Source: Antedon mediterranea
Lineage: Eukaryota > Animalia > Echinodermata
Direction of reading: 5' to 3'
Assembly: GCF_964355755.1 (NCBI RefSeq)
Contig: NC_092672.1
Span: forward strand, 21,279,237-21,343,236
DNA length: 64,000 nt
Shown piece after piece: positions 13,101-25,061 of the stretch; positions within the stretch are counted from its first letter, which is position 1, and every line of letters starts with the position of its first letter. Position numbers and translations under genes: made by a program. The notes below the pieces were generated by a model. That model had not been told where the DNA came from and searched no databases. It worked only from the letters and a program-made list of their open reading frames with translations.

Positions 13101-14015
13101 GTTTTCCGAACACGGCGGATTGCATTTTCGAGCATTTACTCCAAATTTTTCATGGTACCAACAGAGTTGAGGAGTGTTGTTTGAATGTTGAGCTGAGCGA
13201 TTGGTACTGTTAGGTTGAGCAGGAGATGAATGCCTACCACTCGATCGATTTCGATGTCGACTTGTGCTGCGACTTTGATATCTGTTGTGCCGTCGGTCAG
13301 ATTGCAAGGAATTAACTTGCGTTGACAGTTGTTGAATCTGTTTTTGCAGGTTTTCAAGGGTCGCAGACAAGGAGGGTGTATTGTCCGTGTGTACTGCCGA
13401 TACACTTGTTGGCGCAGTTGCAGTTACAGATACTTCAATAATTTTGTCAGCCAATGATGTCAAGCTTCCCAGGTCCAACTCATCCTTGGTTGAAGCTAGG
13501 ATAAGCTGTACATTAGTTGGGAGGCGACTTAAGAATAGTTGTTTCATAATTGAAGATTCAAGTGGCCTGTCGCCTAAGAGTTGCAACATCCGTCGGTATA
13601 ATTGCGACGGTTTCCTATCCCCCAACTCCTCGGCCGTCAGGAGTTGGCGGAGGCGCTGTTGGTCGGAGTCAGTTGTCCGACGTATTAAGGTATCTTTCAA
13701 GTTCACATACCTGTTATCAGTAGGCGGGTTGAGAAGTAGATCCCGAACTTCCTGCGCAATTTCAGGTTGCAATGATCCGACTAAGTAAGCGTATTTTGTA
13801 GCATCTACTGTAATCCCACGCGTTGTGAACTGTGCTTCCACTTGGGTGAACCACAATATTGGATCATTGGGCCAGTATGGAGGCAGTTTCAACGCTACCG
13901 AAGAAATTGGCCTGTTGACGGTTGCTGCGTCAGGAGCGGGCACCACAGGTTGTTCCTGGTGCTGGGGTTGTGCTGGAGGTTGCGGTAGCTGTCGTTGTTG
14001 CTGTTGTCCTTCCAT
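13083..14015 (-). CDS. gag: Gypsy Gag (310 aa)
   Basis: Starts just after the PBS. KLPPYWPNDPILWFTQVEAQF and LGDRKPSQL motifs, and C-terminal CWYHxxFGxxAxKCxxPC knuckle. Confidence 0.92.
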   Translation of the reverse strand: MEGQQQQRQLPQPPAQPQHQEQPVVPAPDAATVNRPISSVALKLPPYWPNDPILWFTQVEAQFTTRGITVDATKYAYLVGSLQPEIAQEVRDLLLNPPTDNRYVNLKDTLIRRTTDSDQQRLRQLLTAEELGDRKPSQLYRRMLQLLGDRPLESSIMKQLFLSRLPTNVQLILASTKDELDLGSLTSLADKIIEVSVTATAPTSVSAVHTDNTPSLSATLENLQKQIQQLSTQVNSLQSDRRHNRYQSRSTSRHRNRSSGRHSSPAQPNSTNRSAQHSNNTPQLCWYHEKFGVNARKCNPPCSENSNADN

Positions 14016-14040
14016 TTTAAGTTAAATTCGGTATAAGAAA

Positions 14041-14054
14041 GTCGAGGGTCACCA
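14041..14054 (-). other. Primer-binding site, tRNA-Trp type
   Basis: TGGTGACCCTCGAC one base from the 5' LTR. It is complementary, with one extra base, to the metazoan tRNA-Trp 3' end ...GUCGGGGUCACCA (recalled sequence). Confidence 0.8.
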
Positions 14055-14704
14055 CTTTAGTAATTGTCGGCGCAACGGTAAAACAAAACAACTACTAAAT
14101 GTATACAGTAAACTATGCAATTTATTCCAAGTGAATCAAGTGAGGATTCTCAATAAATAGATAAAAAATACAATATACAATGTTTGATAAGACAATGCAG
14201 TAAACGGTGTAGCTAAGATGCTGGTTGAGAAAAGAGTGTGTTAATAATGTGGTCAGTGCATGGTAATATTGGGCTTGGCCCATCTCATCTGACCAATTAG
14301 GATTAAGAGAATTAATGTGGTTTTCTGTTAGAGTCATTAACATTCTTAAAATCCATTAGCTAGAAAAGTGAAGGTAACAGGAAGGTAACCTGTCAATCTG
14401 AGGTTAAATAAAGAGATATATAGAGGATGTATAAATAATCAAATTAAAAGTAAATGTTGAATTGTTTAAAAGCTATGTGGTAGGTCTGCTACAAAGCCTA
14501 TCAAACATACAGTAGTAAGTCAATAAAAGTAAATAATAGTCAACCAGAAATAAAACTTGGTTTACTAAAGATTTGATTGTCAATGTCAACACAATGTAGG
14601 CGCTATGCAAGTGAGTTGACCAATAACAAGCAACATTTCGGATAATCCATCACATTGTGATTGGTCAATTTGCTTGATTTAATTCACAAAAAAATTGGAT
14701 AGAC

Positions 14705-14731
14705 CAGGGAGATGTAAAATAAATCTCCCTG
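14705..14731. mobile_element. 27-bp inverted-repeat remnant with 7-bp TSD (P-element-like footprint)
   Basis: CAGGGAGAT-GTAAAATAA-ATCTCCCTG flanked by GATAGAC at 14698-14704 and 14732-14738. Confidence 0.6.
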
Positions 14732-16560
14732 GATAGACTACAGACAAATGGACAGACTAAATGTTGGGACAAACAAACTTATTACATGCAATTATTACTC
14801 AGTAATCACCTCTGTAGTCCCATGGGTACTCTTTTAAATAGTTATTGATTACAGTGCCTTAAAATATTCTTTAAATAATAATTGTGTAAATGAATTTGAC
14901 CAGAACCTTTACCATGCCAAACCATATCAATACTTTGAGTTACAATTGTAGATAATATATTGATATTCATTTGTAGCTATACACTAGGCTTCATTATCTT
15001 AAGATTGTTAGAGTATGCGTAACAGCAGTTGACCATATGCACTGTTTATATTTTGTGTGGTGAAACGAGTACAGGGGTAGGTCTATAGCTACAGCAGTAT
15101 CTATAAATTATGGTTAATTCTGACATAGGCGAGCACAATGCAAAAACTTCGGTACAAATCTCCGCCTTGGATACCTATACCTTATCTATCTGAGATGTAC
15201 CGCGAAACGTAGATTTGATAACATTAGTGTTCACAGCGACGCTATTGTTCCATATTTCTATCTTAGGAAGATGTTATAAAGAGTTTTTTAACACAATTTA
15301 TGATTTCAACATTAGATTTTCATTTCAATTTCAATTCTTCCCGGTCAAAGTAATTTCCGGGTTTAAGATAAGTTCACCTTGCAACAACCTGGTTTCAAAT
15401 ATTTTCTCTCTTTTATACACAAGGGAGCAGTTAAAATAATAGATTTGACCCTAAAGGTGACTGGAAACAGGCACTTTCCATCAATCAATACAGTGTCCCT
15501 TTGGAAGACGAAAAAAAAATCAGATATAGTAGGACTGGAGCTTAAGTTGGACAAATCATAGCCATTTTATTTTTTTGTTTATTTTAAAACATACCGCGCG
15601 TGTGTGAAGGTACAGTAGTTAAATAAGGGAATTATACTGCAAATTAATAAAGATCAAATTAAATATACGCCATAAAGAATCAGAATATATTGTGGGGAAT
15701 AGTATTATAAAATTACATAGGGAGATTTGATGATAAGACATTTTTCGAGTGAAATCCCGATAACTGAGTTTTATTGAGTAAGCTTGCAGGAATAACTGTA
15801 GGCTATCTTTGTCCCGTTAGGACCGAGATGTCTGCCCATGTTGCAAGCCGTACCATAATGTCTTCTTTCTTGGGCCCACTCTGTCACGGCAGTTAGTTTC
15901 AAAAGATGATTAAATTAAATAATGTAATAATAATTATTAGGATGGTATTCATTTGAATAAACGCCTCTCCAATAAAACATCACTTTGAATAATAACCCCC
16001 CCCCCCCCAACCCAACTATCTAATAAACGTCCATCCACATATTTATAACAACACAATTATACGGTACTATTTGTAGTAGAATTCACCGCACTGTTATCTA
16101 CAATTTACCAAGCATTTGTTATTCTTTTTTAGAACTTTTCATATCTACTAGAGGATTTCATTTGATTATAAATGTTACCATATTATTAAAACTACAAAAT
16201 TTAACATATATCCCTCGAATAAGCACCTCCCTCAAATGACCTCCGCCTCCCCAAAGGGACCTACCAAACAATAAAAACTGTACTTTAAAATGTTATTAAT
16301 CCTCTAAAACACTGTGAAACAAAGTAGTTTAGTTTTATGAATGTCAAGTATTTTCAATAATGGTAACCGACAGAAAACGTATAAGGAGAACATTATCATT
16401 CCGAAAACCATCGTCTACACTTCCTAGAGGGGGAGCGAGCTCACCCTCTAGTGATCATAATTACTGTTTATATTTTATGTGGTGTAGTAGGTACAGGGGT
16501 AGTCCTATGCTACAGTAGTATGATCATAATCACTATAGGGCTGGAAGTCATTCAAATATA

Positions 16561-16852
16561 TAGGGTTGTAATTGTATTAAACTACTGTGGAGTAGGGAAT
16601 AGGGCAAAACATCTGACCAATTACTCAACTCCCTGACGCAAAGCTACTCCACAGTAGTTTAATACAATTACGCTGCGTACTTGGGCTCGAATCTAACCAC
16701 TAGCCATCAAGTGGTCAGAGGTATGAACGGCAGGCTAGTGATCTGGAGGTCGTGGGTTCGTCTCCCACCCAAGAACTTTTTTCGCAAGTATTCTCAAATG
16801 TACTTAGTATGAAGTACAAATGACGTCAGAGTAGGGCAAAACATCTGAACAA
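16561..16852 (+). mobile_element. Composite tRNA-derived insertion with a 28-bp hairpin and 13-bp flanking direct repeat
   Basis: TCATTCAAATATA at 16548-16560 and 16853-16865. Perfect inverted repeat 16568-16595 / 16644-16671. tRNA-like segment about 16705-16775 with A-box-like TGGTCAGAGG and B-box GGTTCGTCTCC followed by a T run. Confidence 0.55.
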
Positions 16853-17318
16853 TCATTCAAATATACCAAATTCTATATTGTGTGGTGTCTGGTACAGGGG
16901 TATGGCTACATCAGTATGGTCATACTCGCTTACTGCTTAGTATGTGACCTGATTTTAGTGAAGGTGACAAAGTCACATTCCTCAAATATGTATCATGTTC
17001 AAAGAGACTTTAATACCATATAACCATAACATCTTTATTATTTTGTCTGTTTTTGTTATTGCATGCATCCATACATATGGGGAATAGAAAGTGACCGCAA
17101 TTAGGGCGAGGCACCTCGGGGTAATGAGGTATCAAACTGACTGATTGTACTGTGAAGTTTTAAACTATAATTGTAACAGGTATTCTGTACTTACTAGTAT
17201 AAGATATGTTTTTATTCAACTGTGATATTTTATGTAAAGGTTGTCATTTTGTTTTTTTTTTTATTATTAACAAAAATGTGCATTTCTCTAACATATTTAT
17301 TTTTAAAATGTTAAATAG

Positions 17319-17417
17319 AATGGCGAAACAGCATTGCATTGGGGTGCAGCAAATGGTCATGTTGATGTCTGCCAAATGTTGGTAGACATGGCAGCAGCAG
17401 TGGACCAACAAAATAAT
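17319..17417 (+). CDS. Ankyrin-repeat exon (99 bp, phase 0), donor site mutated to TT
   Basis: AG acceptor; NGETALHWGAANGHVDVCQMLVDMAAAVDQQNN is exactly one 33-aa ankyrin repeat; followed by TTAAGTCAT instead of GTAAGTCAT. Confidence 0.85.
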
Positions 17418-18461
17418 TTAAGTCATAAATTAATGTTAAATTAATGTTTGTATTGAGAACCATTCAGGATCAGAATCCTAAATTTTATTCTTCATTTTAG
17501 TTTAAAATGCTTGTTCCTCAAACAGAATAGCACAAAATGTAGCCTAAGAATGGAATTATTTTATTATGGTATAGAGGCTACTTGTTAATACCTTCATATT
17601 TTTTTCTTATTTGAAATTTTTATTAAATTGTCTAATTATTCTACATCTTGAATTTAACATATTTATACCATCAAGATAGTGCAGACAAGTCAACATTAAC
17701 AACAACAAATTAAACAAGTTTAAAATGCTATTTTTTGGGCTATTAAAAAGCTGCAGTTAATCTAGCAATCATTTGGTGGATTACTGTAATTTAGTTAGTA
17801 ATTCTCTATTAAATAAATGTCATGAAAACTATAGCGCTTAGATTGCTTAGTGCTTGAAGTTGCTTGTTGGTATGACAACTACAACTAATGCAGATCCTGC
17901 ATTATATCTGTCTCAGAATATCCTTGTTTAATCAATCTTTTTAAAACTTTTTTAATCATTACATTAGTAATGCTAATTTTAATACACGATTATAATATTA
18001 TTGAATGCATTTCATGCATTTCTCATTTGTTTCATGCTGCACAATTTTGATGTGTCAGGCACGTTTCTGATGGTAATGGTATCTTGGACCTTGTGTGAAT
18101 GGATAAAAGGCAAACAACTTTGGGGAATACATTTTTGTTATACTGATGTTGTCACAAAAGTTTGTAGTTTTTCTGATTTCAGGATATGTTATTTGTAAAG
18201 TAATGGCATAAAATTTAAACTGAATTCAAATTGAATCAAATATTAAACTTCTTCTTCTACTAAAATGTAGAGTAGACATTACTCTATACATTGATATAAA
18301 GAATTAAATGTTTGAACAAGAAAAACTGTACTTATAGCTATTTTTTATCATACCCTACCTAAAATTGTTTAATAATCTAGAACTCAGTGTTTTGTTAACT
18401 TGTGTTCGTACATATTCATAGCTATAAACATGTGCATAACGATGCTTAAATTAAACAGAGT

Positions 18462-19570
18462 TATAGAATTATACACGCCCCAGGGCGGGTTTCAAAATTA
18501 GTTTACAGCCTTCTCAGTACATAACACCCGACGCCATGAGTATCTGTCTATACTCGCCAACCTCCACCCCTCTTCAATAACACCCCATACTCTTTCTTAA
18601 AAACAAATTCTTCCCAGTGATGGACAAATTCAATTCAACCTAAGCTTCGAATTGAGAGGAGTATGCATAGCTACGATGGGTCTAATAATGGTTAAATGGT
18701 ACGTTGTAAATTGTGTAAATGAATAGGTGTCATATTGGCTGATAATTAAAATATGTAATTTAGATACTGCGGTCCTCAGCCTTCTTTCACCACCCCAGCC
18801 ACCAACAAACCTTGACTCCTCCCCTGGACAGTTCAAATTTAGTAACTTTTCCTAGTACAATCCAATCATATAGGATGGACAGTTTTCAAATACAGTTTCA
18901 GTCATGGTGATAGGCCTACATCTCCACCCCATCCGCTTCCCAGGGATGATTAAATACTTTAACATTTTCCAACCACAATTCTGGTGTAAGCAAAATCCCC
19001 ACTATCCCCTGAACCCAAACCCTATCTCCCAACCCCACTCTCCCACAATGGGCGTTTTTCCCTTGGAGGATTGGTGGTGTAGTTGAACACAGTAACAGTA
19101 AACAACGTTTGTGTGTTCAAACAGGAATGGATGTTTGTAATGAGACAATCCAAGAGACCGATACATAGCTGGATATGGTTAAAGTACTTTGCTAAATGTG
19201 TAAATGAATAGGTGTCATATTGGTTAATGAATAAAATATGTATATCTATATACGCCTTGCTGAGGATAATTAAAATACTGTAAAACTTTTGTAGTATAAT
19301 TTTACAATTCAATAGCCTACAACCCCGAGCCCTAGCAAAAAATGACATCACAAACCACCACACCACCCCCGCCCCACCCCTCCCACCCCTCCCACAAAAA
19401 CCCCAGGAGTCGGGGGAATTTTTAAAAATGTAGTTTAAAACCTTCCGGGTACAATTGCCATCATTTTGATACCCCATACGTATGGTTACGTGCAGAAACA
19501 TAATTTTGTATAACGAACAAACAAACAAACAGACAGACAAACAGACAAACTCTCTCACTTATAATATAGA
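18462..19570 (-). mobile_element. Non-autonomous Helitron (Lep1-like architecture)
   Basis: Minus strand begins A|TCTATATTATAAGTGAGAGAGTTTGTCTGTTTGTCTGTCTG. There is a GC hairpin at about 18473-18490 and a CTAT end near 18462; the 3' boundary is approximate. Confidence 0.6.
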
Positions 19571-19706
19571 TATATATATATGAGAATTTTATATAAATCA
19601 TTCTGTAAATTATAGAAACAGTGCTCATATTCGGAACATGGTCTCATAATCGCGTTGAGCATAGCTCATTGGTGAAAGTTCCATACTTTTTAGTTGTATG
19701 AAATAA

Positions 19707-19778
19707 TGTCTCTGGCGGAATTTGAACATGCAACCTCTCGCTTACAGGGCGAGTATCATACCGCTAGACCACAGAGCC
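19707..19778 (-). pseudogene. tRNA-Pro-like pseudogene or SINE head
   Basis: GGCTCTGTGGTCTAGCGGTATGATACTCGCCCTGTAAGCGAGAGGTTGCATGTTCAAATTCCGCCAGAGACA. Acceptor and anticodon stems pair and the body resembles tRNA-Pro, but the T-stem is mispaired and the anticodon loop is atypical. Confidence 0.65.
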
Positions 19779-19850
19779 ATATATGGTATTTTCACCCACC
19801 AGATACATTCTCTCATACAACAAATGATAATGGACATGTTCATTATTTAT

Positions 19851-20158
19851 ATATGTATTGTCCCCCTGAACAATTTATTTTTACATTTATTTGTTGATTA
19901 TGCCATTTTAATATCATATAATAGTTATCCACTTTGACCAAAACTTGGATTGGAAAAAAAATTATTTACCTGAAAAAACTGTAATTTAAATTGCCTGCCA
20001 TACCAATGGATTTTTGGTTTGGTGTCATTTTAGTGAAAACATGATTTTTTCTTCTTTTTTTCTACGCAATTGATTAACTTGATTAAAACTACAAATAACC
20101 TATGAAAGTCTGATTTTATTAATCTTCATTTTTCATGTTTTTGGGGGACAATACATCT
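19851..20158. mobile_element. Kolobok-type MITE (about 310 bp); inverted copy at 51368-51671, partial copy at about 5983-6232
   Basis: TIR ATGTATTGTCCCCC / GGGGGACAATACATCT followed by TTAA. The left TSD has decayed to TTAT. Confidence 0.6.
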
Positions 20159-23100
20159 TTAAAAAAACATAACCTAATGTCCTTGTTCTACATGGAACCC
20201 CCGCAGTTTAAACGCGGACAAAACCACAGAAGAATAGCTTCTCTTTGTCGAGCTATATTTGCTCACTTTATTTCTATCCATCCGTTCACCCGGTAAACTA
20301 AAATAAAAACAAACAGAGAAACAATTGACACGGCGCCATGAAGCACGTCTCTAACGTATACTACGGCTTATCATACATAATTCGTCGTTAACATGGGCAT
20401 ACTATCATCATTATGTCTATCAAACCTAACTAATTCATAAGTAAATAATAATATATAAGATTGTCTCCACACGGAGCATTAAAGGTGTACGACAACGTTA
20501 ATACAACGTATCGCCTATTGTGCACAGCTCTCATACCATGAACAGTGACTACAAGACAACAAACCGTGACTAGCATTATTTACATATCAAGGTATCAAGG
20601 TACATACATAACATGACTCCCTGCAAAGATAAATTATGAAACTGACAGTATCATCACTTTTGCTTTGTATACACAACAATAGTGGCTCCTTGACGGGGAA
20701 TTGATTACAATAATACTAACTACTGACATTCAATGATTGAAGTTTCTCCTTCATCTAATGTTCAAGCAGTATTGTTATAATGTTTTTTTATTGTCCTATA
20801 ATTTCACACATAAATTAATTATTCCCTCAGATTTGAAATCAAAATAAAATGTACATTGACTTAGTAATGTATTTAATAATTGCCCTGATTCAATACACAA
20901 CTATTAATTTAGATTGTATACTGGCTTTTTCTTTTATCCAAATGTACATATGAAAAACATAAGCACTCATTTTGAGGACTTGTGATGAGTTGAAAATCAA
21001 ATAACAATATTATCAAGTTAAAGTTCAATACAATTTTTTTCTTAATGGTCAAATGAATACAAAACAGAAAATATAGTTCACTATGTCGGTTGGTCGGTCT
21101 GTCGGTCTGTCTGTCGGTCCGTCGGTCCGGTATCACTATGCGTTTTAGCACGCGACTTATGGCTGTTGCCCTTGTTTTCGTAATAGTCAAATGAATACAA
21201 AACAGAAAATATATGTAAGTTACACAATTTGTTTAAAAAGTAGCATGAAAACATATAAAATAAAATACATGATTAAAGGTAATGACCATTACAGGAACCA
21301 GAACTTAAAATAAATAAATAAAATCAACAGAAATATAGAAAATAGCATATTATTTTCATCAGAAAAATTATTATAAAACAGTTTTTCTAATTAGAAACAA
21401 TGGTTAAATCAAGACTATTCCACTTATATTTGAGGTAAAACATAATTTTTTGTTTAAAATAATTGCCAAACTCTGCAATCCTCCAAAACACATCGCAAAC
21501 CTCATTTAAACAACAAAAAAGTGATTGAATAAGTAGTGTACAACTCACTTGGTTTGTCAATTAAAATGTAAATATATTTTTGTTAAATACTTAAATTTGT
21601 GGTTAAGCATCATTTTTGGGTTTAAAAAATAATTTCTAAGCCTTCACTCTCGAATTAGAGGGGGCGTAATCACCAGCCCAAACAATGTTACAGTACTGTA
21701 TAAGTAAAACATTTTATTTTAATTTCTTTAGAATACTAATAAATTTAGATATTTTATTTGATAAAAGTTGTTGGCAGCCAATAATCCAATTAAAAGACCA
21801 AGGAATGCTTCACTTATTAATTTTCCATTACAAAAATATAACAATTGTTGTGTTTAAGTTTATATCTAATACAATTTGTTTTAGCCGTATAAATTAATAA
21901 TTGGTTTGTAGTGAACCATTCACTAGCTTACTTAACTCTAAATTTAAAAAGTTTAACAATACATCAATATTGATATAAAGTTGTATATAGCGAAACAACT
22001 TGAAAATATCATGTATAACAACATCAAAAGTTTCTTGATAAATCTAGAAAAGTACTTAATAAAATTAATTGTTTTTAAATGCAGTATTAACAGAATTAGA
22101 GAGTTTAGGAAAGGCATGACAAGTGGTATGGTATGCATACAGTACATATTTCAATATTTTTTTTTAAATGGTTAAAATTAAGATTGGTAAATATTAAAAT
22201 ATAAAGTACTGTATATCCGTTTTGAAATACAAGATTAACTTAAAATTGTAATATGATTAGGTAAATAACCCATCATGAATGATTAATTAATGGCGTATGT
22301 GAGATGGCTTATAATTAAGGAGCAACCTTTTTAAGAATCATGCTCTAAACCTTTACTAGAATTCAAATTACTAATTATATTAAGCACTTCTGTTTCAGAT
22401 ATAAATGAGAGGCTTTATGGGAGGTAGTAATTAAGAGATTAGGTCTTTGGTATTTTTAGGTTATAATTACAGAGTTTTACACATTTTTGAAAAATAATTT
22501 AATTACATTCTGGCTAATTAGGTTTGTATCATAAAAATATTCATCAATCATTTTTTAAACATGAGGTGTATTTTTACTTTCTTTACCGGGATTAATTACA
22601 GAATGTATTACTTCTCATTTGTTATGTTACATTTAATCTGATTGAATTTAGTTTCGTAGCATTTTTTTCTTTGAAATTTTACAGAGTGCAGTAATATTGT
22701 TGCTATACTTTTTATATCTTGAGATATTTGAACATTTATGAATTTGTTTAAGTTTATGCTTATGTTTACTAACTTTGTTTAGATGGTGTAGGTAGAGTGG
22801 TGTCATCCATAGTTGTTTTAGTGTTTGGTTTTTTTTTTCATGAACTGCAAAAAGTATATAAAAAAATGTATCCAACATTAGAATTAACTGTATAGTTTAG
22901 ATGAATCAGTTTGAGAAAGATCAAAGCAAAATGCCCCTATATCTCTATATGTGCGAAAAGGGTAAAAACCCCTTAATGCAGGCTACCGTTAGACCACCTC
23001 TGGGCCTAGTAAAATTGCAGTAATATTACCGTCACGGTCGTACTGTAAGCCTGATCTGTGTGAAGAGTCCACGATATAAGGCCTGCTTACGCAGCGAAGC

Positions 23101-24139
23101 ATTGATAAATTTGGGACATTTTACTTGATTGAGAAAGACTGTGGCAATTATTTTAGGCCAAATTATTAGATTATATCAATATATATTTTTTTAGGTTAAA
23201 TAATACAATGGAAGAATACGGGCAATAATAATAAAAATATAACAGATGTTGGTCCAAAGATTATTTAACTTGCTGTAACGTACGTAAGCCTAGGCCCTAG
23301 TTAGCATAGTTCTAGCGGGAATATCCTGTGGTGTGCGCGCCTGGTGCTAGCTCATAACAGCTTCTGATAATTAAATTCGCGTCTATTTGTAGGCCTAATA
23401 GATTTTGTTTCTGTATAATGGCCATCACGATCGGGCAGTTTTAGCACGGAGTGGTGTTGGGCATATTGCCGTAATTCTATGTGAAAAGGGCTTAATTCAG
23501 TCTGAATGGTCAGACGTCAACCATAATCAATTATTTTTTAAATAGGTAAATGATCAGAGATGTCTGAATTGTACCGATACCCAATAAAATATCAAAATTG
23601 GTAGGCCTATTGTTTGTTTAAAAATAATCAATAAGTAATTCTGCATTAGTTTTTGTAATTCTCGTTGGTTTAGAAATCGTAGGGAAAAAAGTACAATAGT
23701 TGATAAGATGATATAAAACAATTATTAAATAGATTATGCTTATTAAATTTGATTAAAACAATTTTAATTAAAATTAAAATTTATAATAACCGCAAAATGT
23801 TCTCTATGTTATTTAGATTTCAGTTGACTTGTAAATAAAGCCAATTATAGAATTCTTTTTTGTTTAATGATTTATAAAAAGCGAATCTCATATAGTTCTT
23901 TTGTCAATAATAAATCTGGTTATATTTTGTAATAAAAAAAATCAATAATTGTGTTCTGAAATGTTCATAACAGTTTTATTAAATACATTATGCGTATGAC
24001 AAAGGTGGTGATTTGTTTAGAATTTCTGAATCATAAACTATCAATTGTACATTGTACCTACTTACTGTAAGTCATGACCAACATATAGTATATATGTTTA
24101 AAGATTACCATTTTTAATCATTTTCCTTCATTAAATGCT

Positions 24140-24630
24140 TTTTCTGGATGTCGGCAGCCGGCATAAAAGTGTGTTGCCTTCATAGCCTTAGCTTTTCGAA
24201 TTACAATGGATCTCTGCGGTTGCGCCTATAAATGATAATGTGTCTTAGGCATACTGTAGATCTTCACCTTGGTTTTTCCAGTTCAGTGTGCATTTTTCAA
24301 TCAAAATATTATTTAAGCCAAGATCAGTTTTAAATATGTCCTTTACAAGTTGCATTGGATCTTTTCCTTGATGTCACCAAATCTTAGGCTGTAGCTTCTA
24401 GAATGCCTTTCAACTCGTAGCAATTCAGCTTCCATGTAGCTATTGTATCCTGATCCTGTTTAGATTTAATGTTTCACACATTCATGTCAAATTATCCGTT
24501 GTAGCTTTAAATTTATCCTTAAGTTTTACTTTGAAGTTCCATAACATTTCTGTTTAGCAATGCTTGTTAGCCTTGCTTTAGTGATGCTCTTTCCTTGTCA
24601 ATCCTAGTATTTATCAGCTGCTAAGCTACC
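24140..24630 (-). pseudogene. Highly decayed LINE ORF1-like (RRM-type) fragment; second copy at about 48280-48745
   Basis: Minus-strand fragments (read from the 48 kb copy) LVKDIFKTDLGLNNISIENVH, PRHIII and IRKAKAMKAT resemble the LINE ORF1 IERAHR / PRPIIV / LRKAKKLKG pattern. Many frameshifts. Confidence 0.45.
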
Positions 24631-24661
24631 CATTTCACCACTCAATGCATTCATTCAACAT

Positions 24662-25061
24662 TTTTTACTTGGGGTACCCGAGTCTAGGACTCTCTCTTCT
24701 TTTCCATCTGGACACTACAGAGCCAACTTTCAAGTCCTACTAGTTCTTTACGCATTGTCTGCCAGCTCTGAAACATTGCATGCATATACTAGGGGAATAG
24801 GTGAACAAAGCTATAGAGAGAAAATGTTCATTATTCAATCGTCAATTATGACGTCATAAACATGGTACCAATCGGAAAAAATGCGATTTATAAAGTACTA
24901 CTCCTCCCTTATTCGTTGTAGTACTTCTGCTCCCGGAAATAGCAAAAAATAGCCGTATTTGGTAGCAAGGTTATTGATGTGTATGTGACGTTACATCCCG
25001 TCTTCTGACGTCATTACAGCTTCTTTTGCTGTACCCCGAGTATCGCACATTCGTGCTTGTT
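24662..25061 (+). mobile_element. Helentron-associated non-autonomous element (HINE/DINE-1-like)
   Basis: Inserted in a T run and absent from the paralogous site at about 48775. Subterminal inverted repeat TACTTGGGGTAC / GTACCCCGAGTA and 3' hairpin GCACATTCGTGC. Confidence 0.75.

Larger units (their letters stand above)
8877..14493 (-). mobile_element. Full-length Ty3/Gypsy LTR retrotransposon, recent insertion
   Basis: Two 438-bp LTRs (14056-14493; 8877-9916 after removing the nested insert and one TSD copy) with only 2 substitutions seen. 5-bp TSD AAGCC at 8872-8876 and 14494-14498. PBS TGGTGACCCTCGAC, PPT GGAAGGGGGCTCC, and gag-PR-RT-RH-IN domain order. Confidence 0.97.

Noticed and set aside
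10632-14025. Short overlapping and antisense ORFs within the Gypsy element
   Set aside because: Shadow frames of gag and pol with no recognisable motifs.
15300-15570. Coding-looking segment with short ORFs on both strands
   Set aside because: No recognisable motif or convincing splice sites; possibly a TE remnant but unsupported.
19022-19558. 178-aa ORF
   Set aside because: It reads through Helitron microsatellite and G-rich low-complexity sequence.
19707-19778. Functional tRNA gene
   Set aside because: Mispaired T-stem, C at position 33, acceptor mismatch, and an anticodon inconsistent with the Pro-like body.
22946-23492. Discrete transposon inserted in block A copy 2
   Set aside because: It is clearly extra sequence relative to copy 1 and has one Harbinger-MITE-like end, but I could not identify a matching left TIR or TSD.
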